64,000 nt of DNA from Octopus vulgaris (GCA_951406725.2 OX597825.1:25172001-25236000), one strand, 5' to 3'; positions 23,422-37,005 are shown, counted from the stretch's first letter. Notes: a model not told the origin generated them from the sequence alone. Translations and numbers: made by a program.

Positions 23422-24051
23422 TATACAGGTAAACACAACAGGTCAGTTTGGCAGCTTATAGAATGAAAAATTCAGGCCTGATGGATGGAGAGCGTTCACA
23501 AAAACTGCAGTACTTTGTTTGACCAGATTGTCAGGAGTGGGGAATGGAAATCGTACTTGTGAGCCACAAAGACAAAGATGACTACATGAAATCATGGAGT
23601 ACACAAAGAAGATCCTGGTAGAATGTATGACTGACAAATGAGACCGCAGAAAGTGATAAGGAGGGGCAGGCACATCTAAGTCCTGTTACCTACTCCACTT
23701 CAACACTGAAGATTGGCATATTCATTCCATTTATACTTACATAAGTATACACACACACACACACACACACACATACTAGACTACTCATGACCCACTAGGT
23801 CATTGACAGTTCAGATTATAAAACATTAACGCTGATTTCAACATTGCATTGAAATGAAAGTTAATTTTATGATGATTCAGTTAAATATTTCAATTCGTTC
23901 GTGTCATCATAGGTCTGGTTTACAATCCAAAATCATGTGACTGGGAAGAGAACTTCCCAACCACACAATCATTCCTAAGTGGTTAACAAGTTATACATAT
24001 ATATAATTACATGTGTGTGTATGTATATATTATGTCTTTAATCTTATTTTA

Positions 24052-24087
<36 letters not shown>

Positions 24088-24088
<1 letters not shown>

Positions 24089-25555
24089 TGGGTTGGCAAG
24101 AAAGTAATTTTGTTTTTTGAAAATAGTTATGATTTCTTTTTAATGAATTTTGTCAATGTTATGATTTTTTTTCTTTTTGACATTTGATACCCGTTAGTTT
24201 TAGCTTACTTTAGAAGTAAATTGCAAGTAATTTTGTTTACAGCTGTTAGTTCAGTGTCAATTTTAACATGGAGTGCAAAAACGAACATTTTTGCTATATT
24301 TTGCTTTTTTATTTCCGTAAAGGCAAGAAAGGTACTGACGCTCACAAGAAGATATGTGAAGTTTATGGTGTTGATTGCTTAACAGAACACATGTGTCAGA
24401 AATGGGTTAAAAATTGTTCTGGAGATTTTTCACTCAAAGATGACCAACATTCTGGTTGACCTACTGAAGTTGATGATGATCAGATCAAAGCCATAATTGA
24501 TTCTGATTGCCATGTAACTGTGTGAGAGATTGTAGAGAAGTTAAGTGTATCACACACAACAATTGAAAATCACTTCAAATGTCATGGACTTGTTAAGAAG
24601 CTCGATATTTGGGTTCCACATAAATTGAAAGAGATTCACTTAACACAACGAATCAATATTTGCGATATGCATCTCAAACGCAATGAAACTGACCTTTTCC
24701 TGAAACAAATCATCACTGGTGATGTAAAATGGATTGTCTACAATAACATCAATCGAAAAACGATCATGGCCCAAGTATAATGAACCAGCACAAACGACAT
24801 CGAAAGCTGAATTGCATAAAAAAAAAAAATGGACATGCTGTCAATTTGGTGGGATTACAAAGGTGTGTATTTTGAGTTGCTTCCAAGGTACCAAACAATC
24901 AATTCAGATGTTTATTGTCAATAACTAATGGAACTGGAGGAAGCAATCAAAGAAAATTGGCCAGAATTGGCAAACTGTAAAGGAATCATGTTCCACCAAG
25001 ACGATGCAAGACAACACATCATCATCATCATCATTGTTTAACGTCCGTTTTCCGCGCTAGCATGGGTTGGATGGTTCGACCGGGTTATGGGAAGCCAGGG
25101 GCTGCTCCAGGCTCCAGTCTGATCTGGCAGAGTTTCTACGGCTGGATGCCCTTCCTAACGCCAACCACTCCGCGAGTGTAGTGGGTGCTTTTTACGTGCC
25201 ACCACATGTCTTTGCTAACTTGTGAAAAATTAATGGAGCTTGGTTGAGAAGTGATGTCATATCCACCATATAGCCCTGACCTTGCACCATCAGATTATCA
25301 TTTATTTCAAAGTTTGCAAAATTCTTTGAATGGTAAAAATTTTTTAAATGCTTGATGACCTGAAATTGCACTAGCTTCAGTTTTTGGCTGATAAGAACCA
25401 GAAGTTCTATGAGCACAGAACCATGAAGTTGCCAGAAAGATGGCAAAAGGTCATCGAACGAAATGGAAAATAAATAATTAACTGAAGTTCATTCTTTGTA
25501 TGAAAAAAAATTACTTTTATTTCACACTAAAAAACCGAAATTACTTTCTTGCCAA

Positions 25556-25560
<5 letters not shown>
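24088..25560 (+). mobile_element. Full-length degenerate mariner transposon
   Basis: TIRs TTGGGTTGGCAAGAAAGTAATTT / AAATTACTTTCTTGCCAACTCTA within (TA)n; transposase from 24268 with WVPHKL, TGDVKWI, HQDDAR and YSPDLAPSDYHLF motifs; stops and frameshifts. Confidence 0.92.
25017..25202 (-). mobile_element. RTE 3'-end insertion inside the mariner transposase
   Basis: (CAT)n-TTTAACGTCCG...GGATGCCCTTCCTAACGCCAACCACTCC interrupts the ORF right after HQDDARQH. Confidence 0.85.
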
Positions 25561-25625
<65 letters not shown>

Positions 25626-25626
25626 A

Positions 25627-25810
25627 TGCCGAGGTCGACTTTGCCTTTCATCCTTTCGGGGTCGATAAATTAAGTACCAGTTACGCACTGAGGTCGATGT
25701 AATTGACTTAAATCCCTTTGTCTGTCCTTGTTTGTCTGTCTATGTTTAGCCCCTTTGTCAAATCCCTTTGTCTGTCTATGTTTAGCCCCTTGTGGGTAGT
25801 AAAGAAATAA
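25627..25810 (+). mobile_element. SINE family E, 3' part with a local ~30-bp duplication
   Basis: GCCGAGGTCGACTTTGCCTTTCATCC...GTGGGTAGTAAAGAAATA; TTTGTCTGTCTATGTTTAGCCCC occurs twice. Confidence 0.75.
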
Positions 25811-26387
25811 ATATATATATCATCATAATCATCATCATCATTTAATGTCTGTTGTCCATGCTGGCATGGGTTGGGCAGTTTGACCAGGACTAGTAAGCTG
25901 AGGGGCTGCACCAGACTCCAGTCTAATTTGGCATGGTCTCTACAGCTGGATGCCCTTCCTAATACCAACTACTCATATATCTATGTATATTTTAGATCCT
26001 GTTCAATTACAAATGATCATGGGGTTGCGAAAAATCCCCTCGAAAGCACAAGTCTGGGCAAGGTTGCGGTTGCCTGGGCAAACCAGTCTCTCTCTTCTCC
26101 AATGCCACTGATGTTGTTCAAGGGAAAGGCAAAGGCTGATACAGGTTTGGCACCAGTAACATCATGATTCCGTTCTACAGCTAAGTGAACTGGAACAACA
26201 TGAAATAAAGTGTCTTGCTCAAGAACACAGCACACAACCTGGTCAGAGAATTGAATTCACCACCTCAGGATTGTAAGCCCAACACTCAAACCACCATATA
26301 TATATATATATATTAATAAATAAAACATATGCATATATATATACATATATGTACGTACCTACCTCTACATGTATATATACACGCATA

Positions 26388-26548
26388 TATGAGTACAGGA
26401 CACCAAAAAAACATCGAACACAATGAGAAACGAAAACATAGACACAAACCCAAGGAACTGGACATTTTTCTTAAGCAACAAAAAAATAGAGAACAGGACA
26501 AATAACACAAGGAGAAAACCCCTTCTTCAGTCGCCATGGTTTCATCTA
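26388..26548 (-). mobile_element. Short repeat related to 55930-56103 (probable PLE-terminus derivative)
   Basis: Minus CTGAAGAAGGGG...TTTGTCCTGT...GTTTTCGTTTCTC...GTGTCCTGTACTCATA aligns with 55968-56103; flanked by (TA)n. Confidence 0.5.
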
Positions 26549-26985
26549 TATATATATATATCTACTCTGATATATATATATATATCATTGCTATTATGCA
26601 AAAGTGTCATAAATCCAAAATGTTGGTTATTCAGAAAACAAAAACATACTTTCACCATTTCATTTCTTTTAACATTAGCAACAGTTTCAACTTTACAATT
26701 ATACTTTGTTGGGTGCATAAAATCCTAACTCCATGCATGTATGATAATTTCAGTTAGAAACATTTTTGCAAAACTGTCGTATGTGGGACTTACTACACTT
26801 TTGAAAAATGCTAAACCGTTGTATTACACTTTGACAATTTTCATATCTTGGCATCTGAAGCAGCTGGAGATACGATAGTCTGACCAAAAGAACCAGCTAT
26901 TGGAAGCAAAACTAAATATTGAAAGAAAAAAAAATGCATTAAGCCAAATTCAGACATGTTACAGTTTAACATAATAACGATATAT

Positions 26986-27343
26986 ATACTCTTTTACTTG
27001 TTTCAGTCATTTGACTGCGCCTTTAGTCGAACAAATCGACCCCAGGACTTATTCTTTGTAAGCCCAGTACTTATTCTATCGGTCTCTTTTGCCGAACCGC
27101 TAAGTGACGGGGACGTAAACACACCAGCATCGGTTGTCAAGCAATGCTAGGGGGACAAACACACACACATATATATATACATATATACGACAGGCTTCTT
27201 TCAGTTTCCGTCTACCAAATCCACTCACAAGGCATTGGTCGGCCCGGGGCTATAGCAGAAGACACTTGCCCAAGATGCCACGCAATGGGACTGAACCCAG
27301 AACCATGTGGTTGGTTAGCAAGCTACTTACCACACAGCCACTC
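26986..27343 (-). mobile_element. SINE family A
   Basis: Reverse complement of the family consensus, with a small deletion in the tail. Confidence 0.9.
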
Positions 27344-27524
27344 TTATCACAGCTGATCTTACCAACCAATTCGTAATATCAGCCGTGATGGATATATAAT
27401 GCAGTCCACTTTGAATGGTATACCCACTCTATTGACAGATATGCGAGTGCATCTCCTCTCTGACTTATGGTCACTCAGACAACTTATGCACATGTGTATA
27501 TATATATGTGTGTATATTAATAGT

Positions 27525-27690
27525 AATGGTATGACAACAAAAGAATGAATGAGACCTCAATATTATGTAAATAGAGGAATTTATCTGTAATATAATATGT
27601 GACAATTATTCAGTTGCCATAATAAAACTCCGAGCTTCGGATGTCGGGGCAGAAAACTGCTCTGGCATCTCATCAGCTATTAAGATAATA
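27525..27690 (-). mobile_element. PLE 3'-terminal fragment with hammerhead-like motif (27620-27682)
   Basis: Homologous to 54921-55072 (GATAAATTCCTCTATTTACATAATATTGAGGTCTC); TAATAG-CTGATGA-GATG...CATC-C-GAAG-CTCGGAG-TT-TTATTA. Confidence 0.7.
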
Positions 27691-27709
27691 TATATATATA
27701 TATATATAT

Positions 27710-28135
27710 ATCATCATCATCGTTTAACGTCCGTTTTCCATGCTAACATGGGTTGGACAGTCCGACTGGGTCTGGGAAGACAGGAGGCTGCAGCAGGCTC
27801 CAGTCTGATCTGGCAGTGTTTCTACAGCTGGATGCCCTTCCAAACGCCAACCACTCCGTGAGTGTAGTGGGTGCTTTTTTACATGCCACCGGCACAGGTG
27901 CCAGGGGAGGCTGGCAACGGCCATGATCGGTTGGTGCTTTTTACATGCCACCGGCACGGAAGCCAGTCAAGGCTGCGCTGGCATCGGCCACGTTTGGATG
28001 GTGCTTTTTACGTGCCACCGGCACAGGTATCCAACTACAATTTCTATTTGATTTTTATTTGACGATGTACTTGACTCAATAGGTCTCCTCAAGCACAGCA
28101 GGTCATCCTACGATCCAAGGTAACCACAGCAGGCC
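27710..28135 (-). mobile_element. RTE-LINE 3'-end fragment
   Basis: (CAT)n tail and three GTGCTTTTTAC(A/G)TGCCACCGGCAC repeats. Confidence 0.8.
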
Positions 28136-28193
<58 letters not shown>

Positions 28194-28209
28194 TATATAC
28201 ATCAGGGGC

Positions 28210-28565
28210 ATGCGAAGGTTTGAAAGAAATGAAGCCAACATGCTTCACTGGCTGTGCTATGTCAGAGTGCATGTATGACAAAGTGCGAATGTGTTGAGAG
28301 AAAATTTAGGTATAAGAGGCACCACATGTAATGTGCAAGAGAGAAGACTGTGCTGGCATGGTCAGGTGATGTGTATGGATGAAAACAGCTGCATAAAGAA
28401 GTACCATTCTGTAAATGCATAAAGAACTTGCGGGAGAGAAAGACCCAGGGAAACTTAAGACAAAGTGATGAAAAATGATCTGAAGAAGCTGAGCATCACA
28501 AAGATGACAAAGGACTGAGACAAGCGCCGATTTGCTATGCTTGAGAAGACCCGGCTGGCTAAGTA
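28210..28565 (+). mobile_element. RTE-LINE ORF C-terminal remnant
   Basis: RRFERNEANMLHWLCYVRVH...LREN...RRLCWHG; homologous to 35290-35600 (minus). Confidence 0.75.
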
Positions 28566-30638
28566 AAGTCGAGGCCACAAAAAGCGCCCTTTATGTCCGT
28601 GCCCCCAACCCACCCCCAACCCACAGAGACGTAGGTGTAGTTGTGTGGTAAGAATTTTTCTCCCCCAATCACATGGCTCATGGTTCAGTCCAGCTGTATG
28701 GCACTTTTTACAAGTGTCTTCCACTATAGACCTAGCTGTGAATAGATTTTTAAGACAGAAACGAAAGGAAACCCGTTGTTAATAATGTAATGTAACGTAA
28801 TGTGTGTGTTTTTGTGTGTAGACATGTTTTACACACACAGACACACGCAAATGAATACATGTATTTTTCGTTATACATGTGACGCAGATTATTGGCGTGT
28901 TGTTCCGATGCCATTCTTCCATTATACACGGGACACACGAAAGTAAAGTTAGGAACCGTTCGTAGGAATAAGATTTCTTCGTGCGCCTCTCGCCAAAGAT
29001 AATTCAAATAAAATAATTAAAAGAACTAGTTAAATTACGGAATTATTACGAAATAAAAGAAGGATTATACTTTAAAAAAAAAACGGAATAAAACTACAAA
29101 ACACGAAAACCCTCAGAAGAACGAGAATCAACAAGATGGAAGGAGGTGGTTGCAGATGATAAGCGATTCCTTCCCTCACCAAAATGATACGAAAACAAAA
29201 CGTTGACAACAATAAGAATTCTCGGGGGTTTTTTATTTCTTTTTTTCATTCTTCTAAAAAAAATTTTTTCTAAATGATGATAATTATAATAAACACAGGA
29301 CAATTTCTAAAACTACTATTTATGATGAAAAACGGCGACAATGACTGCAACAGATTTACAGACAGGACTATGAGAGACATGAAATGTGATAGCATAGTTG
29401 GTTCTATGTTTTCTTTTACTGTTTATTTTGGTTTAAATTGAAGACGACGAAAGCTGTAACAGCAGCAACAATATCGAAGAGGAATCGGAACGATTCTCAA
29501 AACAATATTAATAATTATTCTTCTATTACTTACAATAAAGAGTTTATTTATGAAGAATTACTGTATAACCTTTGGGGTGGGTTTTTTTTATAAGATAATA
29601 AATAATAATTTTTTCATGGCTTTGTTTATGAACAAATACTTTATAATAAGACTTCTGTTTTTCTTTTATGAGAACAACAACGATGACTCTTAACGATAAT
29701 TGTTATTATATTGGCACCAGACCAGAAATTTTAGCGGAGGAAACGGTTTAAAGAGCCCGACCAATTCCATTCCTTCACTTAATTAACCCTTTAATATATG
29801 TCTGGGCAATTAATTTAACCGACTTTTTTGGGGGGATAAATAAAAGGATAAATAAAAGATGTGGAGAAAATCGATCAGGATAGTTTTAAAAGCAGGGCGG
29901 TTGTCTTCAACACAGCACACCACCGATTTTGTTGCTAAATAACAATGAGTTGGCACCCAATAACAATGTTTAACGTTGGTAAAGATGATATTAGTTGGTG
30001 GTTTGGTTGGGGAATGATTTCCTTACATGGGCAGAAAGTGAGCCAGTGGGGTTTTTTCGCAAATAGACGAAGAACTAATCCAAAGAATTTCGATAGGAAA
30101 AATATATATAAAAAAGAGAGAGAAAATGTAAAACAGCTGAACTCTGCACATATTTCGAATCTAAAATAGAAAATACAATAAATTTCTTTCTTGAAAAATT
30201 GGAAATATATAACATTTTACACATGAACGTGTTTTACACCTTTTTAATAATCGACATTTATTGATGCGAAGATTAACAAACTACTGGAATCGTGAATCGA
30301 AATCAGATGATGAGGAAAATAAATGATCTATTTAAGCAACAGCAGACTAATTTTGGTAGTAGAAGCTGAGGTGGGGGGGGGACGTCTCGTCTAATCAAAT
30401 TGGTTGTACCATTTTCTTTTACTAACCTGTACATGTTTACAAGACAAATGACAACGTAGATGTGTGTGTGTGTGTGTAGCAGACATACACTGTTAGAGTG
30501 AAAGAATTTCTCTTGCCGAGATAAAAATGCTATTTCCCACAAAGAAAGGACATCAACAATAACTTTGATTTCTAACGCATTATATCATTTATCTATGTAA
30601 TCGATCACGCATGGATGAAAGAAGAGACAAATAATCAC

Positions 30639-30672
<34 letters not shown>

Positions 30673-31433
30673 TGATAAATAATTCCTTTTGAAACTTTCT
30701 TTTGACAAAGTTACAAGGCTAAAAATTTCTGTTAACAAATAATTATTCAGGCAACTATTATCGACCTGCACTTATTGATTCCCCCCCCCCCCCCCATCTG
30801 ATCGAACCCAGAAACAAACAAGCAGATAATAGGCGCGAATCTTTAATTAACCGTGTTTTCCCCTTTTCCTTTTCTTTTTCTTTTATATTTGTCTAGGAGA
30901 TCGATGCAAAATCAGTCAAGTACAGGTGTATGTGAATGAATGTGTAATAGCATCATAGATGCGAGTAGAGTATAATGGGGAAACTGTCAAAGCTATTTAC
31001 GGTGGATACAAATATGCTTGTGATGGCAGTTAATATTAACAATGACGATACAACAATATACACACACGGGGGATGGGTGGAAAGAGATACATTTCATAGA
31101 TGCCGATAGAAAATGTCTTGATTTGCCACAGGCGCAGCACATATATATATATACATCAGTGTGCAATTAATTTATGGGAATGGTCCTAACCGGGTCAGTC
31201 CGGCCTTGTCAAATTAAGACAGCACATAGAGAGAGAGAGAAAAAAAAAGCAATGTTACCGAATAATTGGTACCCCCCAACCTCTCTCGGTAATATATACA
31301 TATACAAATACACATGCATATATATATATATATATATACACACGCGCGCGCACACATTCTCTCACTATTTCATATTCAAAACTATACGTCACTACTAAAA
31401 TTATATACATACATAGGTAAAATTAAATTTACC

Positions 31434-31501
<68 letters not shown>

Positions 31502-31581
31502 TAGATAGGTAGGGAGAGAGAGAAACATACATGCATGCATATATATAGAGAGAGAAACAAACATACATGCGTGTATATATG

Positions 31582-31643
<62 letters not shown>

Positions 31644-31663
31644 AACACACACATACATGCCAA

Positions 31664-31801
31664 GATTAATCAGCCGAAATTACTACGATGATCCGGTTCT
31701 TGACTGAAGACTGAGGGTTTCGAATGTCCTGTCCGTGTTTATTGTGTCGTCTTCTAAGAGTTATACGTTCTTGTCCATGTTGTATTTTTCTACATACCTT
31801 A

Positions 31802-31802
<1 letters not shown>
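31664..31802 (+). mobile_element. Short repeat, same family as 1-146
   Basis: Sequence similarity to 1-146; sits between microsatellites. Confidence 0.45.
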
Positions 31803-31870
<68 letters not shown>

Positions 31871-31899
31871 CAGAAACATCCACACACACATACAGACGC

Positions 31900-31934
<35 letters not shown>

Positions 31935-32323
31935 GATTTTCTTTTTCTTTGCTGCAAAACAAGCAACGGCAACAGAAATCTAGTGACAAATATTGGCGAG
32001 ACATGGCAAAGTCTAAGCGTTCAACTGAAAGAGGATAAAGAAATGAGAATTTATTAAATGTCGAAATAAAAAAAAAGAAGACTGACTGGTGTCACAAGGG
32101 TTCGTTGATGCGAAACTTAGACAAAAAAAATACAACCGCTCATGCATGTAGACATAGAGAGATGTGTGTGTGTATGTATATGTATGTGTGTGTGTGTTTG
32201 TGTAAATATATATTTTGCATTCATATTTCATATATGTGAAGGTGTACGATGCCATATATATTTACAGACCTCTCAGCTCCCTTCCTCCTTTCTTCATCCC
32301 TACCTCATCATATATATATATAT

Positions 32324-32370
<47 letters not shown>

Positions 32371-32375
<5 letters not shown>

Positions 32376-32553
32376 ATGTTCAACATGAATACACATAACA
32401 GGGATCATATACATACATAGCTCATCACACACACATATATACACATGCGTGTATATATATATATATATATATAGTGTCATGTTCAACTTGAATACATATA
32501 ACAGAGATCATATACATACATAGGTCATCACACAAACATATATAGTATACACA

Positions 32554-32612
<59 letters not shown>

Positions 32613-32668
32613 TTATGTTTTGTTTTATGTTTTCCAGTTTCAGCTCTTGAGCTGTGGCCATGCTGGGG

Positions 32669-32719
<51 letters not shown>

Positions 32720-32795
32720 TCATGTTCAACATGAATACATATAACAGAGATCATATACATACATAGGTCATCACACACATATAGTATATACATGC

Positions 32796-32798
<3 letters not shown>
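32371..32798. repeat. Three copies of a ~70-80-bp unit separated by (TA)n/(TG)n
   Basis: TAG(TG)TCATGTTCAAC(A/T)TGAATACA.ATAACAG.GATCATATACATACATAG.TCATCACAC at ~32371, 32472 and 32715. Confidence 0.85.
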
Positions 32799-32851
<53 letters not shown>

Positions 32852-33124
32852 TAGAGAGAGAGAGAGACCGAGATTAGTAATATCGCCGATAACAAAGGTA
32901 ATAATAATAATGATGATGTTTTCGATGATAATAAAAACATTATGAATTTTAAAGAAAACTGCTGAAGCAAAGAGAGAAGAATGATGTTACTCACGAAATG
33001 CTAGCGCGTGTGTATATATATGTAAATATATACATAGATTTGTGTATACAAAGTATGTGTAACGGTAGTTAAACCGAGATGTTATTCACACGTGCGACCT
33101 CTTCATGGATGTTAATGTGACAAG

Positions 33125-33930
33125 AGAGGGAGCGAGAGAAAGAAGGAGAGACAGAGAGAGAGCGCGCGAGGGGGAGGGAGAAATACAGAGATAGTATAGG
33201 AGAGAGAGAGAGAGACAGATTAGAAAAGGTGGATGAGGGAGGGATGAAGAAAGACCAAGGAAGGGAACGGGAAGGTATGATGAGAGAGAGAGAGAGAGAA
33301 TGCGAGAGCGACGGAGAAACACAGAGAGGGTACAAGAGAGAGAGAGAGAGAGGGAGAGACAGATTAGAAAAGGTGGATGAAGAGGGGAACGGGAAGGTAC
33401 GATGAGAGAGAGAAAGGAGAAAGCGAGAGCGAGGGAGAAATACAGAGAGTGTACGGGAGAGAGAGATAGATTAGAAAAGCTGGATGAGGGAGGGATGAAG
33501 AAAGGGCAAGGAAGGGAACGGGAAGGTATGATGAGAGAGAGAGAGAGAAAGAGACAGCGAGAGCGAGGGAGAAACACAGAGAGTGTACAGGAGAGAGAGA
33601 GAGAGACAGATTAGAAAAGGTGGATGAGGGAGGGAACGGGAAGGTACGATGAGAGAGAGAGATAGATAGAAAGGGGGAATGAGAAGGGAGGTAGACAGCA
33701 ATACGGAAGAAGGGGGAGAGAGAGAAATAGAGAGAAAGGGAGCGGGGGAGGCAGGAACGAAGGAAGAAAGAGAGGAGGAGGAGGAAAGACCGGGTTGCAC
33801 GAAATTTGAACGGATGGGTAGAGGGAGGGAGGGCGGAAGGAAGGAAGGAAGAGAGGAAGAGGAAAGGCCGGGAGCACGAGAGATGGATGGATGGATGGGT
33901 GTAGGGAAGGAGGGAGGAAGGAAAAGAGCA
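33125..33930. repeat. Purine-rich minisatellite (~110-145-bp units) plus GA/GGA low-complexity tract
   Basis: AGATTAGAAAAGGTGGATGA...AGGGAACGGGAAGGTA(T/C)GATGAGAGAG recurs at ~33217, 33361, 33468 and 33608. Confidence 0.85.
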
Positions 33931-34061
33931 AACGATGCTTACATGGTCAAGGGAAATAATTGTGTACGTATTCCTCGGATCGTACAGACGCCTTTGGTGA
34001 TGATAGAGGAAATGATACGGGAGGTGTTGGGGTGGGGGTGGAAATATTTCTTGATTGTAAT

Positions 34062-34093
<32 letters not shown>

Positions 34094-34287
34094 TAGTAGT
34101 AGTAGTTGTTACAGTAGTGGTCATGAGCGTCGTAACAGTATTATGGGGTCCTCCAGGCAAAATCTGTACACGGGACTCTATTGTATTAATTGACTGCAAG
34201 GCATGTCATTTATTAACTATGAATGAATCCCAAGGCACAAAGAAGTCTCTGTGCAATTTGCCCACTGCGTCCCTGCCTTAAAACGGC

Positions 34288-34722
<435 letters not shown>

Positions 34723-34772
34723 GAAGAGGAAGAAGCGCAGCGCTGGCAATAATGGTCAAAGTAATTTTAATA

Positions 34773-36132
34773 GTCATCATCATCATCATTTAACGTCCGT
34801 TATCCGTGTTGGAATGGGTTGGGGCAGTTTGACTGGGCTGGCGGCACGCTGGAAGGCTGCACCAGACTCCAGTTCGATTTTGGCAAGGGTTTTTTTTCTA
34901 TGGCTGGCTCTATACCCTTCCTAACACCAACCACTCCAAGAGTGTGTAATGGATGCGTTTACGTGTCACCAGCACGGGTGCCGTCTGTGTGACACCGGGG
35001 TGCATTTACGCCCCACTGGCACAGGTGCCAATTTGCGTGACACCAGTATCTGCCACAACTGTGATTTTGCTCGGCTTTGATAGGTCTTCTTCTAAAGCAC
35101 GACATAGTGCCAAAGGTTTTGGTCACTGCCTCCGAGAGGCCCAACACTCAAAAGGAACTCAGCACGGGTGCACTTGGCTTGACCGGTCCTCTCAAGCACA
35201 GCACATCACTAAAAGTCTCAGTCACTAGCCATTGCCTCTGTGACGCTCAAAGTTCGAAGATCATCCTTCACCACCTCATCCCACATCTTCCTAGGCCTAC
35301 CTCTAACACAGGTTCCCTCCACAGTTAGAGATCGGCACTTCTTCACACAGCTCTCCTCGTCCATACACATCGCATGACCATACCAGCACAGTCATCTCTT
35401 TTGCACACCACATCTGATTCCTCTTATGCCTAACCTTTCTCTCAAGACGCTTACACTCTGTCGAACATGTACACTGACATTGCACATCCAGCGAAGCATA
35501 CTGGCTTCATTTCTTTCAAGCCTATGCATGTCTTTGGCTGTTGTAGCCCATGTTTCACTGCCATGCAGCATAGCTGTTGGCACACAGACATCAAACAATC
35601 TACATTTTCACTCTGAGGCTCTTTGTTGCCAGCAGGGGTAGGAGCTCTCCAAACTTTGCCCAGCCTTATCTTATTCTCACAGCTACACTCACGGAGCATC
35701 CACCTCCACTACTAACTTGGTCACTTGGATAACGGAAGCTATCTACTACATCTAGTTTGCCCTCCTGGAGTCTATTTTCTACACATTTTGAGCGTTTATT
35801 GTACCTTTGCACCTTCCACATACAAAAGTAACTTTCCCTGTTAACCTTCCTCTGATGTTACTGCAGCCCTTATGTGTCCAAAGCTTACACTGGGTGCATC
35901 CTATGGAGTTTCTACCGACACCTTTTCTACAGATTGAGCAGGGCCATCTACCTGAAGGGATTTGGGATTTGTTTGCCTTCCTACTTACTATGACTTTGGT
36001 TTTTGCTAGGTTAACTCTAAGGCTCTTTGATTCTAGATCTTGCTTCCATACTTGGAACTTCTTCTCTAGTTCAGCATAGAGGAGCTCCCAGGGGCAGCCT
36101 GTCTTGAATTCATCTGTTATTGCCTGGAGTAC
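34773..36132 (-). mobile_element. RTE-clade LINE, 5'-truncated pseudogene (RT C-half, PHD-like finger, C-terminus, 3'UTR)
   Basis: VLQAITDEFKTGCPWELLYA(deletion)ELEKKFQVWK...VNLAKTKV...CSIC..CTQC..H..C..CGRC; TAMLHGSETW; (GAT)n tail at 34773-34790. Confidence 0.88.
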
Positions 36133-36208
36133 ATTTTTGTCAGAAAAGAGAGCAATACTCATAACACTTTTCAGGATCTTCAGAGCTCATAGAACTGAGG
36201 GTGGGAAG

Positions 36209-37005
36209 TGTCTTCAAAGTGAAAACCTGGCCTAAATGACTGCATTACTATGGGTCCCACAAAAGGCTCTGATGAGACCAGCCAAGTTTGGTAGTGTTTG
36301 GTTAGGTTATATAAAAACTCAACTTTTTGCTCATTATACGTCTTTGGTTTCATACGTTTTAAGGTCTAGCCACAGACCACACAAGACACAGCCAGTTCCA
36401 GCGACAACACCACAGCTGCCACGTTGAAACTTACCAACTCTGTCCAACAACATTACGGCAACCTCCATCTTCGTCGCCACCATCATCTTCTTAACGCCGT
36501 CAACATCATCTCTCTACGTGCACAACTCAATAAGCAATTCGCCCAGGTTCTAACACTTCTCTGTTCGTGAATTACTTCACCATGGATCAACAGCGTAAAC
36601 ACAACCTACAAGAATTTCTGTATCAAGTGACCAGGCAGCAGCATCGCAGCCACGACTTCACGTATGACATGTACCCGTAACCAGCTCAGAATTATGGCTG
36701 CAACTTCTTGATACAGTATTTCAATTACCGTGTACTAATGACTATGAACTGATATTAATTATCTTACTTGGGTCTATGAATATTCTTCTCACTTTCCTTT
36801 ATAGACTCTTTCACTGTTTTCCTTCTCCATTGCTATTCATATATGTTCTTAATACGCGCGTACAGCTGTGCTTACACACATACATTTGTTCTCATGACGG
36901 CCTGTCTATTATTCTGTATAGATGATGCACACACAGACGTACATGTTAACATATCAATAAATCTTCCCTTAATCATTGTATGCGGTTGTGTCTCTCTTGT
37001 TCTCA
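36209..37005 (+). mobile_element. Candidate LTR upstream of Gypsy gag
   Basis: TG start directly after purine tract GAGGGTGGGAAG; TATATAAAA at ~36308; AATAAA at ~36956; 3' boundary and PBS not identified. Confidence 0.35.

Noticed and set aside
33679-34281. 200-aa plus-strand ORF with a hydrophobic poly-Val stretch
   Set aside because: Built from a purine low-complexity tract and (GTA)n/(GCA)n repeats
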